Of a DNA stretch of 29,391 nt, positions 27,424 through 29,391 are shown one piece after another (position 1 is the first letter of the stretch; each line of letters begins with the position of its first letter). The notes under the pieces are model-generated. The model had not been told where the DNA came from and searched no databases. It saw nothing but the letters and a program-made list of their open reading frames with translations. The DNA comes from Fimbriimonadales bacterium (GTDB lineage Bacteria > Armatimonadota > Fimbriimonadia > Fimbriimonadales > JABRVX01), in the NCBI GenBank assembly GCA_045862955.1, contig BTVI01000037.1:1-29391 (forward strand). Reading direction: 5' to 3'. The translations under genes and the position numbers were made by a program.

Positions 27424-29055
27424 ATGACAGTCAATCCCTTGGACCTGCTCGCGAACGCCGAAGAGGTCCTGCGCGATCTCGACGAGCGTATCGCTAGAGC
27501 CGAAGAAGAACGCAAGGCAAAAGCATTCCTCGACGAGCTGCTCGTCCGTCGCGAGCGCGCTGCCAGCCTAGGCCTCACGGACATCGTCGCCGAGATTGAC
27601 GATCTTTGCAGAGCGGTAGAGGCCATACTTGCGGGGGCGCCAAAGACCGAGACAGTGGCCGAGACACCGCCGCCACATACCGAACCTGCCGAGCTGGGAG
27701 TTGTGGCCGTTCATATGGAGCCGGAAGCCGAAGCCGCCGTCAAGGAGGCGCTCGCAGAGCCACCAATCACCGAAGAGGCCCCCGACGCACGAGAGGTGGC
27801 AGACTACCAGCAGGCGCTCGAGGCCGTCCTCGCGGAAATCGAGACCGTCTCCAAGCCGGAGAAATGGGATAAGCAGGCGATGGCGGCGTTCAAAGCCACT
27901 GCCGCCAGACTTCGCGCGGTGGAGGCGTGGGGCCGCGACCTCGGTCAGAACGGGCTCGATACCAGCAATGCCGTGAGACGGATGCGCGACCTGTTCAAGC
28001 TACACTACCGAGGCAAGTACCACACCCATGGCTTTCCGATGCACGAGACACGAACCGCCACGCGCGGCCGCTGGGACATGTTGGCCCAAGCCTACTCCCT
28101 GCTGGCCGAGGCCGAGCGAGCGTTCGGGTTAGGCCTCCACGACGAGCCTGACCTTTCGGGGCCGGAGCGGAACAACACGCTCACCACGATCGCCGCCGCC
28201 GAGGCGCATCTCTATCGCGTGCTGAAGGACGAGTTCGACGGAGCCGCCGACCAGCAGCAGCACGACATCCATCAGATGTTGGAGGAAATCTCCGAGGAGC
28301 GGCAGTGGTACATCCCGGTGTGGACCCAAAATATGTCCAACTCCGAAGTTGCTCGCCTCGCCGCGCAACTCCCCGAGCACCTGGAGAGCCGGCAAAAGCT
28401 GCTGCACTCCCGCAGACTCCGCATGCCGGCGCTGAAGGCCCTGACCGACCTGATTGCGGAGACCCCGGGGCCCGAGGACTTCGAAGACAGGCTGTGTCAG
28501 GTGGTGGCCGACTGTCTGCAGGCCGGGATCAAGGTCTCCGACAAGGAGATGCGGACCCACCTACTGCCGTACCATTCCATCCTGGAGGAGGCGGAGAACG
28601 AGGGAGTGCGTCGGGTGGCAGCGGAGGTTGCCAAGGAACTGGCTCGGCTAGAACGCAATCAAAGCCTCGAGCTCTTGGAGCCGGAGCAGCCGGATGCCGA
28701 GCACGATGCGAGGCTGGCGGAGGTCGTCGAGCACACTCGTGGCAAGGTGATGCTCTTCATGGGCGGCAAGCGCCAGGAAGAGCGGAGGCGCCAGCTCGAG
28801 ACGCTTCTGGAACTGAAGGAACTCAAGTGGCCCGACTTCGAGTACGACTCCAAGCCGTCGGAGTTCATAGATGATGCCCTGAAAGCGGACATCCTCTGCT
28901 ACCTGATTCGCTGGAGCAGAAAGAGCGTTCGGGAAGTGGCCAAGGTGTGTAAGGAGAACGGTGGCAAGGTAGTGCGCCTGCCCGCCGGCGTGGGAGTTCA
29001 CCGCGTGGTTCAAGATCTCCACCAACAGCTCGTCGCGAACCGGAGGGATGCATAA
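27424..29055 (+). CDS. Hypothetical helical protein with possible C-terminal DUF2325-like alpha/beta domain
   Basis: 543-aa ORF with a strong AAGGAG RBS and an E/A/R-rich helical body. C-terminus GKVMLFMGG..ADILCYLIRWSRK..VRLPAGVGV. Confidence 0.75.
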   Translation: MTVNPLDLLANAEEVLRDLDERIARAEEERKAKAFLDELLVRRERAASLGLTDIVAEIDDLCRAVEAILAGAPKTETVAETPPPHTEPAELGVVAVHMEPEAEAAVKEALAEPPITEEAPDAREVADYQQALEAVLAEIETVSKPEKWDKQAMAAFKATAARLRAVEAWGRDLGQNGLDTSNAVRRMRDLFKLHYRGKYHTHGFPMHETRTATRGRWDMLAQAYSLLAEAERAFGLGLHDEPDLSGPERNNTLTTIAAAEAHLYRVLKDEFDGAADQQQHDIHQMLEEISEERQWYIPVWTQNMSNSEVARLAAQLPEHLESRQKLLHSRRLRMPALKALTDLIAETPGPEDFEDRLCQVVADCLQAGIKVSDKEMRTHLLPYHSILEEAENEGVRRVAAEVAKELARLERNQSLELLEPEQPDAEHDARLAEVVEHTRGKVMLFMGGKRQEERRRQLETLLELKELKWPDFEYDSKPSEFIDDALKADILCYLIRWSRKSVREVAKVCKENGGKVVRLPAGVGVHRVVQDLHQQLVANRRDA

Positions 29056-29064
29056 AGCCTCAGC

Positions 29065-29104
29065 GCCGCTCCGGCCCACGGTGCCAGCAGTGGGCCGGAG
29101 CGGC
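29065..29104. terminator. Strong GC hairpin after the 543-aa ORF (terminator or 3' stabiliser, no U-tract)
   Basis: Perfect 15-bp stem GCCGCTCCGGCCCAC/GTGGGCCGGAGCGGC with a 10-nt loop, 9 nt after the stop codon. Confidence 0.55.
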
Positions 29105-29187
29105 CCGGTAAGCGGCTCCTCTCGCTGTCGAGCCCGCAAGGTAGAATCCTCTCCGGTGGCAAAGCCGCCTGGGAGGTCCTCGCACGG

Positions 29188-29391
29188 ATGTCTGGTAAGC
29201 GTTACTACATCACCACGCCCATCTACTACGTCAACGCTCGTCCGCACATCGGAACGGCGCTAACCACTCTGGCCGCCGACGTGACGGCCAGATACAAGAA
29301 GATGCGTGGCTTCGACGTGATGTTCCTCACCGGCACCGACGAGAACGCACCGAAGGTGGCGGAAGCCGCTGAGAAAGCAGGCCAGGCGCCG
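29188..29391 (+). CDS. metG: Methionyl-tRNA synthetase, 5' part (runs off the window; absent from the ORF track)
   Basis: MSGKRYYITTPIYYVNARPHIGTALTTLAADVTARYKKMRGFDVMFLTGTDEN. GGAGG RBS, and TAGAAT at 29142-29147. Confidence 0.95.
   Translation, partial: MSGKRYYITTPIYYVNARPHIGTALTTLAADVTARYKKMRGFDVMFLTGTDENAPKVAEAAEKAGQAP

Noticed and set aside
29105..29187. T-box or SAM riboswitch upstream of metG
   Set aside because: The leader after the TAGAAT -10 is only ~35 nt and contains no T-box or S-box consensus.

Overview
A GC-rich bacterial chromosomal segment. The two secreted proteins with C-terminal dockerin-like repeats suggest Armatimonadota, but that is an inference. The window holds two REP/MITE-like palindromic repeat clusters, tRNA-Ala(CGC) and about 25 protein genes. 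These include NmrA-like, a secreted beta-helix protein, a glycosidase-like protein, VOC, tyrosine phenol-lyase, pirin, WaaA-like, an SMR/DMT-GH36 fusion, a HAF-repeat protein, Crp/Fnr, DinB, a dynamin-like GTPase, HEAT, DUF6062, DsrE, YceI, two dockerin-type paralogs, hisN-like, upp, a 543-aa orphan and the 5' end of metG. The most striking feature is a ~4 kb locus (17.4-21.5 kb) with two fluoride-riboswitch-like (crcB motif) aptamers and no fluoride exporter gene. One aptamer precedes a small helical protein plus DUF6062. The other is a variant that masks the Shine-Dalgarno (SD) of an unannotated 22-codon leader ORF, whose stop overlaps the start of the dynamin-like gene. Between them lie two CxxC zinc-ribbon proteins. 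This is a candidate fluoride-induced membrane-remodelling or stress module. Also notable are a class II Crp/Fnr-type promoter next to its probable regulator and several apparently leaderless genes. All protein family calls come from motif recognition by eye, not database searches.
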